A stretch of 61,541 nt of DNA, counting the filler, from Circinaria calcarea (taxonomy: Eukaryota), in NCBI GenBank assembly GCA_051942165.1. It is 11 parts of 11 records of this genome, joined end to end, with 100 filler letters (N's around TTAATTAATTAA, not from the genome) between each part and the next. Parts side by side here need not be neighbours in the genome. Positions count along the whole stretch, not along the records: positions 1 to 5,530 come from JAVECS010001878.1; positions 5,631 to 11,152 come from JAVECS010001879.1; positions 11,253 to 16,770 come from JAVECS010001880.1; 8 more parts are not named here. One strand, written 5' to 3'. A program made the translations under genes and the position numbers. The notes below the pieces were generated by a model. That model had not been told where the DNA came from, did not search any database, and worked only from the letters and a program-made list of their open reading frames with translations. Of this stretch, positions 1 to 11,669 are shown one piece after another (the first letter of the stretch is position 1; each line of letters starts with the position of its first letter).

Positions 1-2
1 CC

Positions 3-1823
3 TTGTTTCAAGAGCAGGTCGAAGGACTCGACTATCTCCACCATGAGCTCCCCCAACACATACAAGGCTGGCTGTCTAGCGCGTGTGTTCGAAACATCAC
101 CAGTCGGGCACATGACGAATGGCGGTTTTTAGCTGATCGGAGATTTCATCCTCCTGGCTTAATTCCAAACGATGATTCGGGAGAGATAGCTCGTCTGTTA
201 ACGTGGATTGCTGGTGCTGGCATCCAAGGGCTTGATAAGCAATTCGAGACTTCTTCCAGTGATGTTTTTGCGGTCGCCATGGTACTTAATGCCATTGGAC
301 TTAGCCTCCTCAAAGTCGGAGATTGTGGCGATGACCTTGACGAGAATCATATTGTTGTCAAGTTGAGGATAGGAGACTTCTCCACACAGCGCAAAACGAT
401 ACCATTCGCAATACACCAGCGTTGGGGAATGCGTGTTCCATTGACGGCGATGCAAGAATGTGTGTCCCTCTGGCCGGCAGTTGACAACAACGAGTTACGA
501 AGTCTGTTCGAGGACGGTATGCACGCAGCAGGCGGTGTTCAGATTATACCTGGTGTAGCACATGAGAAATCTCCAATCGCAACAATTCGCTCCCATTGTT
601 GCCTTGGCACCTTTTATTACTCCATCTTGTCCGATAAACGCCAAACTCCCAGGATGGATGGTGATGTTTGGCGATTTGTTAGCAATCTATTCCCAGTGGT
701 AACACCAGGTGTTGAAAACGGTATCGTATCTATTATGAGGTCTAGACCAGGTTGGAAATCATTTGACGAAGAGGAAATACTACATTACGTTCAAAGAGAT
801 CGCAATTGCTTGGCTGAACTGCAAGCATTCGTGATGGGCTTCTACTATGCTCTCTTATTGCCTCTATTAGATACGACGCAGCTCACGACGCAAGAAGCGT
901 TTGGAGCGTGGGGTTGGTATGACGCCCACTTCTTATACAGGATCAGCGAAATTCTCGCAAAATTTCGGATAGGGAAGATTGGAGGCAAGACTTCGTATCA
1001 GAAAGAATTCCGGAAGGAAGGAATATTCAGGCTACTAGCAATCTTCTTTGCTGGTGCCGATGAAAAGCAGGTCGATTTAATAATAGAAGGAGTTACAGGA
1101 GTTGTTGGTAAACTATCCGTTATCACGGCTAGCTTACTGGGCAACGTGGATACTTGGCAGAAGGCGGGAAAGTATTTCCTGCTTGATATCGACCCCAGCT
1201 GCATTCCTTGCAGTACCAGAGGTATCGTCGCATCTTCTCGACATCTCTATGGAATCTCGCCAATTGTTCAGCCGGAATACAGTCGTCTTGCAAGAATCGA
1301 CACAATCGACACCCTTAAACTGGAGTCTGATTTCACCTCTCATATCGAGCCGGATTGGGAGTTTGATATTCAGACCTGCAAACTCGTCTTTCGCTACCTA
1401 GGACGATTCGTCAGGCGTGTCAATCCCACCGATCTGGAGACAGCTGTGGTGCGAGACTCCGACTATCATATGCTTCCGGTGGACCACGAGACCGTACCGT
1501 ACATGCTAGAGGAGGTCCTTGTCGCCGACATAAACAACTTTTCAAACGTAATTCAAGGGAGCAATACAGTCTCGAATGGTACAGCTCCCCCAGTGCTAGT
1601 TCCCACACATGGCTCCCCGAAAGCACGCGCTGCTCTTCGCGCCATGTACAGGTTGAAGTATGAGAGGCTTCCACCTCAATATACTATCCCAGGCCTTCGA
1701 CCGCACAAACGACACTCCGCGAGACAAGCAGAAGACGGCCCGATATTACTATATAAACCTCATGGCGATGAGGGGGAAGACCCGGCCCAATACCCTGTCG
1801 GGCGACTAGTTATATTGACTTGA
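3..1823 (+). CDS. Uncharacterised fungal protein, C-terminal ~600 aa (5' end runs off the contig)
   Basis: Uninterrupted 606-codon ORF with globular-protein composition; no motif I can name. Confidence 0.7.
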   Translation: MFQEQVEGLDYLHHELPQHIQGWLSSACVRNITSRAHDEWRFLADRRFHPPGLIPNDDSGEIARLLTWIAGAGIQGLDKQFETSSSDVFAVAMVLNAIGLSLLKVGDCGDDLDENHIVVKLRIGDFSTQRKTIPFAIHQRWGMRVPLTAMQECVSLWPAVDNNELRSLFEDGMHAAGGVQIIPGVAHEKSPIATIRSHCCLGTFYYSILSDKRQTPRMDGDVWRFVSNLFPVVTPGVENGIVSIMRSRPGWKSFDEEEILHYVQRDRNCLAELQAFVMGFYYALLLPLLDTTQLTTQEAFGAWGWYDAHFLYRISEILAKFRIGKIGGKTSYQKEFRKEGIFRLLAIFFAGADEKQVDLIIEGVTGVVGKLSVITASLLGNVDTWQKAGKYFLLDIDPSCIPCSTRGIVASSRHLYGISPIVQPEYSRLARIDTIDTLKLESDFTSHIEPDWEFDIQTCKLVFRYLGRFVRRVNPTDLETAVVRDSDYHMLPVDHETVPYMLEEVLVADINNFSNVIQGSNTVSNGTAPPVLVPTHGSPKARAALRAMYRLKYERLPPQYTIPGLRPHKRHSARQAEDGPILLYKPHGDEGEDPAQYPVGRLVILT

Positions 1824-3057
1824 GATTAGCCTTTTTCAATACAACCCCAGCTGACCTCTTGTTTGCCTTTCACGTGCTCGTCTGATTTCTATCTTGTGAC
1901 GGCTTTGGTATCACGAGAATACTCTAATGCTGTAGATTTTCTACTAAAAGGTTCGCCTAGATTATAAATGGATGTGGATAATTGAGCTGGTCCATGGTGT
2001 TGCAGAGTACACAGCAGTTAGGAATCTTTAGAACCGACACTGTTTGAGTAACCTGACGTCTCTGATTGAGTTCCTGGGTAAGGGAATGGGTAACTCTGTT
2101 TTGGTTTGACTTAGATAATACCTGTGGTCAAGGAAGGGGCTTGATCACGGGTCTGTAGGTTAGGCGTACACAATGAAGGACTTTATTGACTAGCTTTAAA
2201 AATCCCCATCTACGTCTATATAAGCTACCAAAAAATTGAATGCTGAAGCCTGACTAATGAAGTATACAACCATGCCGTCAGACTTCCAGCCCCCTTAGCA
2301 AATCCTTAAATCCAGTTGCCCCGTTCATCCTCCTCTTCCCCTGTAATCTCCCACATACTTCCCACCTCGCTTACCCACGCATCTACCAACGGCACCTGCC
2401 TGCAAATCCTCTACACACCCAGGCCAGGACAGCGATGGTCGTAGATCACACAAGACCCCCGCAAAGCATGACTGGGTCCAGGGGAATCTTTGTTCTTTTC
2501 GAGTTTGAGTTGGCGAATTGGCTTCCGGGGTACAATTGAAAGGATAGGCAGGATAGCAGAATAGGGACTTACATTAGACAGAATTTGCAGGAGAAAAAGG
2601 TACAGTCGGAAACAGGGAGATAGATGGACTGTTGGGGAAGAGGGGGGGGTCTGTTAGAATAGTGTTGGATGTGCGAAGGGTAAGGGGTGGGAGTGGGATG
2701 AGGGTTGTTGTATGCTGCTCCGTCAGTGATTTATTCTCTTTCTCTTATCGAAGGGTACTGTAGAAAGTAAAGGGATAAAAAAGGTATGTATTGTGTTCCC
2801 GAGGGGTATCTTTTGCCTCGGCTGGCAACAGTAGAAATGTGCCGCAATTGATACCCTTCTAATCGCGGGGTTGATGAAAGGGGAGAACCTTAGGTGGTTG
2901 GATAACAAGCCTTACCGGCCCGATTAAGCCCCGCTTATCTGGACTATCAGTCAAGTACGCTAGCTTTCTAAGGATTAGTGAGCTCTCGAACATCAGAAAT
3001 CCGTTGCGAACAATATCGAGAAACGTTCAGAGAATTTGTAGCAATTCACCGCGCGTA

Positions 3058-5530
3058 ATGATGGCTCCAATATTTGAAGCGGACGATTTTGTATTGACCA
3101 TATCAGACGATGATACAAATGTCCCGGCACTTGACGAAGACGAGGATGCTGCTCATACCAAATATTCCAAGCTATCACATAACGGAAAGAAGCGCAAACG
3201 AGATATGGAGATATCCTCGAACGTAGATGAGGCCAATGGCAAGAAGAAGAAAAAGGCACACAAGGCTACTGCAGGGGTATTAATCTCCCCAAATTCAGCA
3301 GCAGGGGAACATGGGTCACTTGATGAGGAAGAGGAGACATGGGCTTCGGGAGGTCAAGACGACGGAGCAATAGATTCAGATTTTGAGTTTCGGATTGGAG
3401 ATGTGGATACGGGAGTTGTGGAGGACTTTGACGGATGGGGAATAAGTGGCGTCATCAATGGAGCGGTCAATGGAGGAGACAAGAAAGGCGTCGACATTGA
3501 TGAACTCATAGCACGGCGGCAGAAAAGAGGGAAGATAGTAGAGAATAGAAATGGGAAGTCTATACAGGAGAAAGAGACGCTGCAAGACAGTGAAGACTTG
3601 ACTGATGATGGTAGAACAACTTCGCTGGGGGAGAAGGATGAGCAAGAGGATGATGTGGATGAAGACGAACTGCTTGCGTTCGATGGGTTTGGAATGGGGG
3701 CTACTGGATCTGATGAAGAGGAGGAGGATGGTGATGGATCTACACAAGACAATGAAGATCCCGAGGAAGACTCGGCATCAGATAACGAGTCCATTGCTTC
3801 TCCAGTCCCACATCCTGATGACCAGCCTTCGGATCTCTCATCGGTAGAGGACGACGATGATCCGAGCGAGCGTGAGAGGCGCAAAGCCTTCTTTGCCCCT
3901 GAGGAGAAAGTTGACAAAACAACATCGACAAAGGATCTACCTCTTCATTCTTTCCAAAACATGTCTTTGTCACGGCCCATACTTCGCGGCCTCGCCTCGG
4001 TCGGGTTCTCTGAGCCAACCCCCATACAGGAAAAGACTATACCGGTCGCTTTACTTGGAAAGGATGTAGTTGGTGGTGCTGTCACTGGCTCCGGTAAAAC
4101 AGCAGCTTTCATGATCCCCATACTTGAACGTCTACTCTACCGCCCGAAAAAGGTACCCACAAGCAGGGTGGCCATCCTCATGCCAACTCGCGAATTGGCT
4201 GTACAATGTTTTAACGTGGCCAAGAAGCTTGCAAGTTTTACGGATGTGACGTTCTGTCAACTGGTGGGAGGTTTCAGCCTCCGAGAGCAAGAAAGCGTAC
4301 TAAGGAGTAGACCAGATGTGATTATTGCAACTCCAGGTCGCTTTATCGATCACATGAGGAACTCGGCAAGTTTTACAGTGGATACTTTGGAGATTCTCGT
4401 ACTCGATGAAGCGGATCGTATGCTCGAGGACGGATTTGCAGATGAGCTCAACGAGATCCTGACAACCATCCCAAAGTCTAGGCAGACAATGTTGTTTTCT
4501 GCTACAATGACAAGCAGCGTCGATAAGCTCATCCGAGTAGGTCTCAATAGACCAGTGCGACTAATGGTAGACGCAAGGAAGCAAACCGTAGGGACTCTAG
4601 TACAAGAGTTCGTGCGACTACGACCTGGAAGAGAAGACAAGCGCCTTAGTTGTCTCCTATACCTCTGTTCAACCGTTTACACCGACCGCGTCATTATCTT
4701 CTTCCGTCAAAAGAAAGAAGCCCACCGTGTCCGGATCATCTTTGGACTCTGCGGCTTCAAAGCAGCGGAACTCCACGGCAGCATGACCCAAGAACAGGTA
4801 AGTCATCCTTCGCCTTTCCCCAAACGCTTTACTCTAGTACTCACTCCTACCTTAAGCGCATCTCAAGTATCGAATCCTTCCGCTCAGCCACAACCACTCA
4901 CCTCCTCGCCACCGACGTTGCCTCCCGCGGCCTTGACATCAAAGGCGTCGAAACTGTCATCAACTACGAAGCACCCCAATCCCACGAAATCTATCTCCAC
5001 CGTGTCGGACGTACCGCTCGCGCGGGACGCACCGGCCGCGCCTGCACTATCGCCGCCGAACCGGATCGCAAAGTCGTCAAGGCGGCCGTCAAGAGCGGAA
5101 AAGCGCAAGGCGCGAAAATCGTCAGTCGCGTCGTCGAGACCGCGCCGATAGATGGGTGGAGCACCAGACTCGAGGGCCTGGAAGCGGAAGTCGAAGCCAT
5201 TCTCAAGGAGGAGAAGGAGGAAAAGCAGCTCGGGCAGGCGGAAATGCACCTCCGCAGAGGTGAGAACATGATCGATCACCAGGCGGAAATCCTCTCGCGC
5301 CCGAAGCGGACTTGGTTCGAGAGCGAGAAAGAGAAGCAGATTGCGAAGAAGAGCGGGAGGGCGGAACTGAATGGACCGGAGGCTGCAGGGGCGAAGAAGG
5401 GGAAGAAGGGGAAATTGAGCGGCAAGGATAAGAAGAGGTTGGATGATTCAAGAGAGAGGAGCGAAGGGAAGGTGTGGAAGAAGGGGAAACGGGAGAGGAT
5501 GGGAGGGGGTGGAGGTAGTGCACGTAGTGG
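3058..5530 (+). CDS. DRS1: DEAD-box RNA helicase Drs1/DDX27 (60S biogenesis); exons 3058-4797 and 4857->5530, 3' truncated
   Basis: Acidic N-terminus [17 protein letters not shown]; motifs [42 protein letters not shown]-terminal RPKRTWF; GTAAGT...AAG intron 4798-4856 joins the two ORFs in frame. Confidence 0.92.
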
Positions 5531-5630
5531 NNNNNNNNNNNNNNNNNNNNNNNNNNNNNNNNNNNNNNNNNNNNTTAATTAATTAANNNNNNNNNNNNNN
5601 NNNNNNNNNNNNNNNNNNNNNNNNNNNNNN
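5531..5630. other. Artificial contig-join spacer; identical spacers at 11153-11252, 16771-16870, 22387-22486, 27993-28092, 33595-33694, 39194-39293, 44792-44891, 50387-50486, 55965-56064
   Basis: 44 N + TTAATTAATTAA (stops in all six frames) + 44 N; genes are cut off at the spacers. Confidence 0.98.
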
Positions 5631-6156
5631 TTCCACCAGCGCGCCGCCGCTTGACCAATCCGTTTTGGATAGCTCGTTGACGAACCGGACGGCTTTGTGT
5701 AGAGGGGTATCGGCTTCGAGCCTGTCCAGGGGGTCGACCTCGAGGCCCTCTTGGTCGAGTAGCAAGTCTAGGGCGTCGTCTGAAATTTTACAGCCAAACG
5801 GTTAGCCAACTACGGACAGATTTGAGATCAGAGGTCACATGCAGGAGAGCAAGATCATGAGGGCACAAGTAAGGGATCACGCACAGCTCCCGTAGCTCGC
5901 AGCAAGGTGTAAGCAGTAGTTTCCCACGCCATCCCTGGCCGTATTTAGGAGTTGAGCCGTATCCGCCGGGGATTTCTGGGAGGAGAGGACTTCCGTGAGT
6001 AATGAGGTGTTGTTTCGGCGGCAGGCTTCGAGGAGGAGTTCCCTAGGGGATGCGCCCTGTTGTCCTCCGGCATTAGCTAGGGCCATTCTGCAGCAGAAAT
6101 TGGGGATTGGAAGGTTCCAGAGGGTGAATTAGGAATATGAGTACCTCGTCGCTCAT
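5631..6156 (-). CDS. Small ankyrin-repeat protein; exons 6156-6145, 6056-5885, 5779->5631, 3' truncated
   Basis: Spliced product MSDE|GASPRELLLEACRRNN...DGVGNYCLHLAASYGS|YDALDLLLDQEGLEVDPLDRLEADTPLHKAV; ankyrin LHLAA/TPLH motifs; canonical GT-AG introns. Confidence 0.85.
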
Positions 6157-6550
6157 TGTTCAAAGGATAGCTGGACTGCAATAGTTTGTAAGATATGTAG
6201 GAACCGTGGTTTTCGTAAATTGAGAAGTCGCAGGTCGTGGAGTTCGATCCAAGTCACTTATCTATCGGGGTTCTCCAGTCAAGCACAAGTGAATGCGAGA
6301 GCTTTCTTGTAATGAAGGAGTTCCTCACCCGTTCGAAAGGGGAATTGATGGCGGGTCCGCTGTCTTTCAGTTGGCATGGGCGATTAAAACACGCGTTAGG
6401 CCGTGTAAATTTAGCCCCCAGTCTTCAGCCCTATAGCCCTACAGCCTCATTGGAGATAAGGAACTCCAGCGCCAAGAGTCATGCCCTAATTGAGAACGCC
6501 CCCGTGTAAATACTGTTCGAAAGCACCTTGGTCCGTCATAACATGCAAAC

Positions 6551-7129
6551 ATGCTTCTCTGTAAGATCTCCCCATTGATGAATTTCGCATCCTAAACTCG
6601 TACAGTCTGTCCCTGCTGCAGCAACTCCCTTGCCATCTCCCGTACCGCCTCAAGCGACCAATATCCCGACGGCCAAAACCGCTTCGAGTGTCGAACATGT
6701 CCGTATCAGTTCCTCATCACCAGCCGCTTTTATGACCGGAGATATATGAAAAGGAAGGAGGTAGAGGATGTGATGGGCGGGAAAGACGCATGGGCGAATG
6801 TGGATAAGACGGATGGTAAGTTCCAATCCGCTCCGTTGTTATCAAGAAGAAGTGCAAAGGGGCCTCTGCAATTTTTTCATGACGATCGAGAAGGAGGAGG
6901 GTCATTGGATTTTTGCAGATCGAGGCTGACTTTCGAAACAATAGCACAATGCCCGCGCGAGGGCTGCGACGGTTCGCAAGCTTTCTTCTATCAGGTCCAG
7001 ATCCGAAGTGCGGACGAACCAATGACGACTTTCCTAAAGGTAAGGCTCCACCGGGGGTTTTTCTTGAATATCATGTTCTGATGTTTCTTGTAGTGTACGA
7101 CCTGTGGACAGCGATGGAAGGAGAATTAG
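6551..7129 (+). CDS. RPC11: RNA polymerase III subunit C11 (TFIIS-like zinc ribbon); exons 6551-6560, 6606-6815, 6945-7039, 7094-7129
   Basis: MLLFCPCCSN...RFECRTCPYQ...KRKEVEDVMGG...CPREGC...[29 protein letters not shown]; two Zn ribbons plus the RSADEP acidic hairpin. Confidence 0.95.
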
Positions 7130-7583
7130 TTCTACCGCCCTTTGTGCGTTTCGAAGGAGCCCGACGTTGGATGAACCCACCGGAAAGCAGCGGCGTTTAG
7201 CTAGACCCATTGCCTGCCCATGAAACATCTATTCATGGCATGATGACGGGACATCAGAGGTGTTTGTTTAGTTTTTAAACATCATTGTGAGTGGTCATCA
7301 AGTCCCGGAACATATTATAATCCTAGAAGAATCTAACTAACTGATCCTGTTGTAAGCGTACTCCGCCCAAGCAAATGCCAAGTCTTGTCAACCAGCGGAT
7401 GACGGGAAGAGTCTAACATGGAGACGTTTATCTCCGGTCCTATATTTCAAGTAGGATAGCAGCTGTTTGCTAGCTGTCCAGATATCTAGCAGGGTGCATG
7501 GTGTGCAGAAGTTTTAATACAAACAAAGACCGGCTCTGTGAATTGCGAATTGACGTCCCAGAGGTAAGAATATACACGAGCCC

Positions 7584-8202
7584 TTATGGTCCGATGGTGC
7601 CTTGTCCGACCTCGGTTCCATCATTATATATCGTGAACTTGAGAATTCCGAACCCGCCATAGTTTGAACAGTCCCAGATTGCCCTAAGCGCATGTAGGAG
7701 GACCTTCCAAGTCATCTGTTGGTTGATGTTGGTATTCCATGTGCGAAAAAAGACACGATTGTTACCACTCCGAGCCTCCCAGGTAAATCCTCCTTGCGGA
7801 ATGGCAGCACTGTTCCCATCTCGTGTGATGTGGTCTAGAATGACACCCGAGGTTTCCATGAGGAGGAGTGGAATGGTTTGGCCAACAACAAAGTTAAGTA
7901 CGGTAAAGGTTATGTAGACAGGGGTGTTGTGCGCGTACCAGAAACCCATATTCTGGTTACTGCGGCGGAGAGGGTCAAGACTGGATAGCTGTTATTGAAG
8001 CCTTCCGATTACATTAATAATAGAGGGGATAAGACGAGTTGAGCAGTAACGTTCGAGGAGCTTACTTCCTAACTGTAGTCGAAGCATCGATGTGGGTTTC
8101 TGCCTGCACTTCAGGGCCGGGAATTGGTGTTGCGGAGTTGAGATTGGCAAAATGGACGCAGGCCACGTATATGATGATATGGACTATCAAAAGGGCTCGC
8201 AT
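7584..8202 (-). CDS. Putative small secreted protein (~175 aa); exon 1 8202-8066, exon 2 ~7981-7584
   Basis: Hydrophobic N-terminus MRALLIVHIIIYVACVHFANLNSA-TPIP; GTAAGC donor at 8065; a CAG acceptor puts it in frame with ORF 7584-7949. Confidence 0.6.
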
Positions 8203-8457
8203 GATTCTGGAATCTCAATGATTCGTCTCAATAAGCAAAAGGCTTCAACGGGTCAATGGAATAGACTGCACGACAATACTGATAAGTATTTAAGCTGACA
8301 GACGAAACCTACTCCTTTTCTAGATAAAGAGGCAAGCTGGTCATAAATCTTGCTTCTAGATCCCTATTTTATCTGATCTAAAGGGTGTCGCTTGTACCGT
8401 TGGAGGCGAAAGTGTAGGCGCTTTTCGAAGGTCCTTATTTTGGGGGGCGATCTCTTC

Positions 8458-9065
8458 AAGGCGCTGGCTGGACAGCCGTACCACAGTAATTTGCTAGTAC
8501 GCACTATCTTTATTTACGCGTATCCCAATTTTCGTCGAGGAAGTTTCAGCTTTAAAACTTTTCCACCCCCCTGCGTAGCGTATGACATACTGCATACGGC
8601 CAATGAGACCCGAATCGCGTGAAAAATCACGAAAATATACGCGGAAAAACAGGATCCAAAGCATAGTCGAAACACAGCGAAATCCGTGGGTTTAAGCAGC
8701 ATTGACATAGAAAATATTACTCAATCGTAAATAATACTCGATATCCCTACGAAAACTCGGAATACGCGTAAATAAAGATAGTGTTAATTAGCAAATTAGT
8801 ATGTAAGAGTATCATTGGCCACCCCTCAATTTTTCTAAGTCCGCTCAACGCAGGGTGAATAAATAATACCAGTATATTACTACCCACCTCGCCAAACTAG
8901 CCAGGATATTTTTTATTCTAGTACTGCACATCTATGAGCACCGTACGTAACCTACCTGTATTATTAATCTACACTTGCGCTGAGCGGACTTAGAAAAATT
9001 GAGGGGTGGCCAATGACTTTTGCTCCACACTCTTACTATGGTACGGCTATCCTAGCTAGCACCTT
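8458..9065. mobile_element. Foldback/MITE-like inverted-repeat element (inner hairpin 8812-9016) with a second element inserted in its left arm
   Basis: 8812 TCATTGGCCACCCCTCAATTTTTCTAAGTCCGCTCA is exactly complemented by the sequence ending at 9016; outer arm 8458 AAGGCGCTGGCTGGACAGCCGTACCACAGTAA matches the reverse complement of ~9033-9065 with transitions. Confidence 0.7.
8487..8798. mobile_element. ~310-bp MITE-like element with ~50-bp imperfect terminal inverted repeats
   Basis: Left TAATTTGCTAGTACGCACTATCTTTATTTACGCGTATCCC vs reverse complement of right end TAATTTGCTAATTAACACTATCTTTATTTACGCGTATTCC; no coding capacity. Confidence 0.7.
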
Positions 9066-9174
9066 CGCCTAACCCTTGCGAAGGTCGGGGGAAAAAAGAA
9101 GAGAAAAAATCGCCTGTCATTAAGTGATGCACTGTAAACGGACAGCTAGGGCATGTATTTTGCAAGAGTGCTTT

Positions 9175-9251
9175 GTAAGATGGATAGTAAGATGGATAGT
9201 AAGACGGAGAATTATTCCCGAAGCTATAGACGATTCCCGAAGCTATAGACG
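9175..9251. repeat. Short tandem duplications (GTAAGATGGATA x2.5; ATTCCCGAAGCTATAGACG x2)
   Basis: Read directly from the sequence. Confidence 0.8.
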
Positions 9252-9680
9252 CAGATGAAAAGTTCACTTAGCGAATCCGAGGACCATGAGAGGTGATGAA
9301 CCCTATGGGACGTGGGATCTAGGTTTAAACAGAAGATACTATTGCAGATTCTTAATGAAAAACATGAGGATCACGGCAATGACTGTCATGTTGGTACAAC
9401 TTCAACGATGTCTGAGCAAAGAGGCTTGAAGGGAGACAAGAAGGGAGAGGGATTCGGAATTTTTAGCAATTAAAAGGCAGCCCTAGTACAAGGAGAGTGA
9501 CGGAGGAGGGCTCCGCTGAGACCCCTGCCTGTAGAGATACAATGATGTCAGACTTCTCGCCCTTGATCATGGACCATAGTTCGTTCCACACCTCTACGCA
9601 AAGAACTAAGCTCAGTCTACACCCAAGTATTCGAGACAGCATCATTTGAAGGGATTCATTATCCAACACCAAGCCCAACC

Positions 9681-10119
9681 ATGTCACCCTATATCCTTCG
9701 ACGTCTAAACGCCCGCCCATCTCCTACATTCCTCTCCTCAAGTCTCCCAAGGACCCGTGCTACGCGTATGATTATAGTTGTCTTCCCTCTTCATTTTCTG
9801 ACTGTTCTTAGGCAATGCGCGATTCTACGCTATCACCACTAAAGGCGACGCACCAAATGCTAGCAACGTTACCGACAACCCGCAATCGAGTAGCGCGGAG
9901 GAATCCAGTGTCAAATCCTCGCGGGCTACTGACAGCGTGCCCAACCAGGACAGCGCTTCCGTACAGTCGCCCATCAGTGGTGAAAACATGCAAAACGAGG
10001 GTGACGAGTCGCCGGACAATGATCTGATGAAGCAGGATAAGGATAAGCCAGCGGCCAAGAAGAAGGAGCAGGTGGAGAGTCTGGGAGAAAAGCCCCTGGG
10101 ACCGGAGGACCATCAATAG
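9681..10119 (+). CDS. Small (130 aa) hydrophilic protein with putative mitochondrial presequence; exons 9681-9765, 9812-10119
   Basis: MSPYILRRLNARPSPTFLSSSLPRTRATRNARFYA (Arg/Ser-rich, no acidic residues) followed by an acidic/Lys-rich tail; GTATGA...CTGAC...TAG intron. Confidence 0.65.
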
Positions 10120-11005
10120 GAAATTCTTCTGGCGACGAGGAGTAGGAACGCTTGAGTCGCCAATACATGCCCCTATATGTTTAACAGGCCTCACCGGCCG
10201 ACATATACATAGCTAGAGATTGTTCTGAAGGACTCGAAACGTGAATATGAAGGAGTTTGATGAGATCTGTACCTACAGAATTACTTAGTTCCATCTTATG
10301 TAGAGAAAGTAAGTGTTGTACCTTTCAAGGGCAGATTCTCATGTTCGCAACCCTGTCAGCAGTGATAAGTCACGGTCAAGCCAATTTCCTCTGGATCAAC
10401 GACAAGGCCTGGAAAGAAGCCATCCCCCAGAATATAAATCAAAGAACCATTTTTAGCCCAAAGCTCCTTATGCGAACACCCCCCCAATGCCCACACTCGG
10501 GGTTGTTGCTCTTTCCATAGGCGATTGATAGTTTTCTCCAGCTTCCCGCATGCTTTCCGCCCATCACCCACTCTCATCGTAAGTATTCGCCTTGCAATGC
10601 CCTTTGCCATTTTCCTCTTTCAATCTACCGTCCCCGGCTAAAGCCATCTGCTTCGCCCCGCTGGATCGGGGGATTCCCGCGGTTTCGTGGATGGGCATGA
10701 TTGTGAAACGAGCCCGGAACAAACCTAAAAGTTGAGACGAGTTGCTCCCTTGGATCCCGTAGCCGTATTGGGATTAGCGGGCGATCACCCAAATGTGGGG
10801 CCTTCCTTTGGGCTGTCGCATCTCGAGAGTTCACCGCCTCGACTGCTTCGCGATCTCCCATGTTGACACACCTTATGCACTCACCAATGCTGTCGTAAGA
10901 AGCCATGCATATCAAGTTACAGTCGTCGCATAAGCTCACACTGTTACTGCTTACCTTCTGACCTCCAGCATCCTGCCGCCCGAGAAAAATAAACGGCAAG
11001 CTACA

Positions 11006-11152
11006 ATGTCAAAGTTATCAGAGCTTCTCAACCCAGTTCCCCACCCACGCGCCCCTCTGCCGAACATCATGACGGATGCAGGTGTCGACCAGCACCACAA
11101 TCGATATCCATCAATAACCTCACCTCTCGAAGCTCTTGCGATTGCCGCCACT
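11006..11152 (+). CDS. 5' start of an unidentified gene, truncated by the contig end
   Basis: Good ATG context (CTACAATGTC); MSKLSELLNP and SPLEALAIAA resemble motifs common in fungal nuclear regulators. Confidence 0.4.
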
Positions 11153-11252
11153 NNNNNNNNNNNNNNNNNNNNNNNNNNNNNNNNNNNNNNNNNNNNTTAA
11201 TTAATTAANNNNNNNNNNNNNNNNNNNNNNNNNNNNNNNNNNNNNNNNNNNN

Positions 11253-11669
11253 CACTCGCTTTCCCTCAGTACCTCTCTCTCATGGCCCTCTGCTACCGCA
11301 TCCATGGACGAATGGATCACTCTCGCTGACGCATCTTCACGGAATGTTCCTTTCCTCTGGGTTGGTCCTAATGCAGCAGGACACCTCAAACCTCCCGCAC
11401 AGATCCTCAGCCAGGGTAACAATGCATTGTGGCACTATACCGTGGAAATGGCAAAGGAAGCAAGAGCAAGGGAGATAGATGCGTTGGGGATGTATAATAT
11501 GACTTTGCAGGCAACGAGCTGGGATGGAAGCGGGTACGGACAGAAGGTTGCGATTGTTCAAGCTATGATGGTATGTTGTTAAGTGCTTCTGGTGGTATGC
11601 GTATTAGCAATGCTGACAGTGAGTTACAACCAGGTTATAAACTGGCTTTCCAGATTGGAATCGACTTGA
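11253..11669 (+). CDS. C-terminal fragment of a conserved fungal protein (possibly SGNH-hydrolase-like); intron 11571-11633
   Basis: ...VPFLWVGPNAAGHLK...DALGMYNMTLQATSWDGSGYGQKVAIVQAMM|VINWLSRLEST*; GTATGT...CTGAC...CAG intron. Confidence 0.65.

Noticed and set aside
3354..3917. Ser-rich 187-aa antisense ORF and similar antisense ORFs over DBF2, annexin and SCC2
   Set aside because: Reverse-strand shadows of well-supported genes.
5575..5586. Recurring TTAATTAATTAA palindrome every ~5.6 kb
   Set aside because: Synthetic six-frame-stop linker embedded in N runs.
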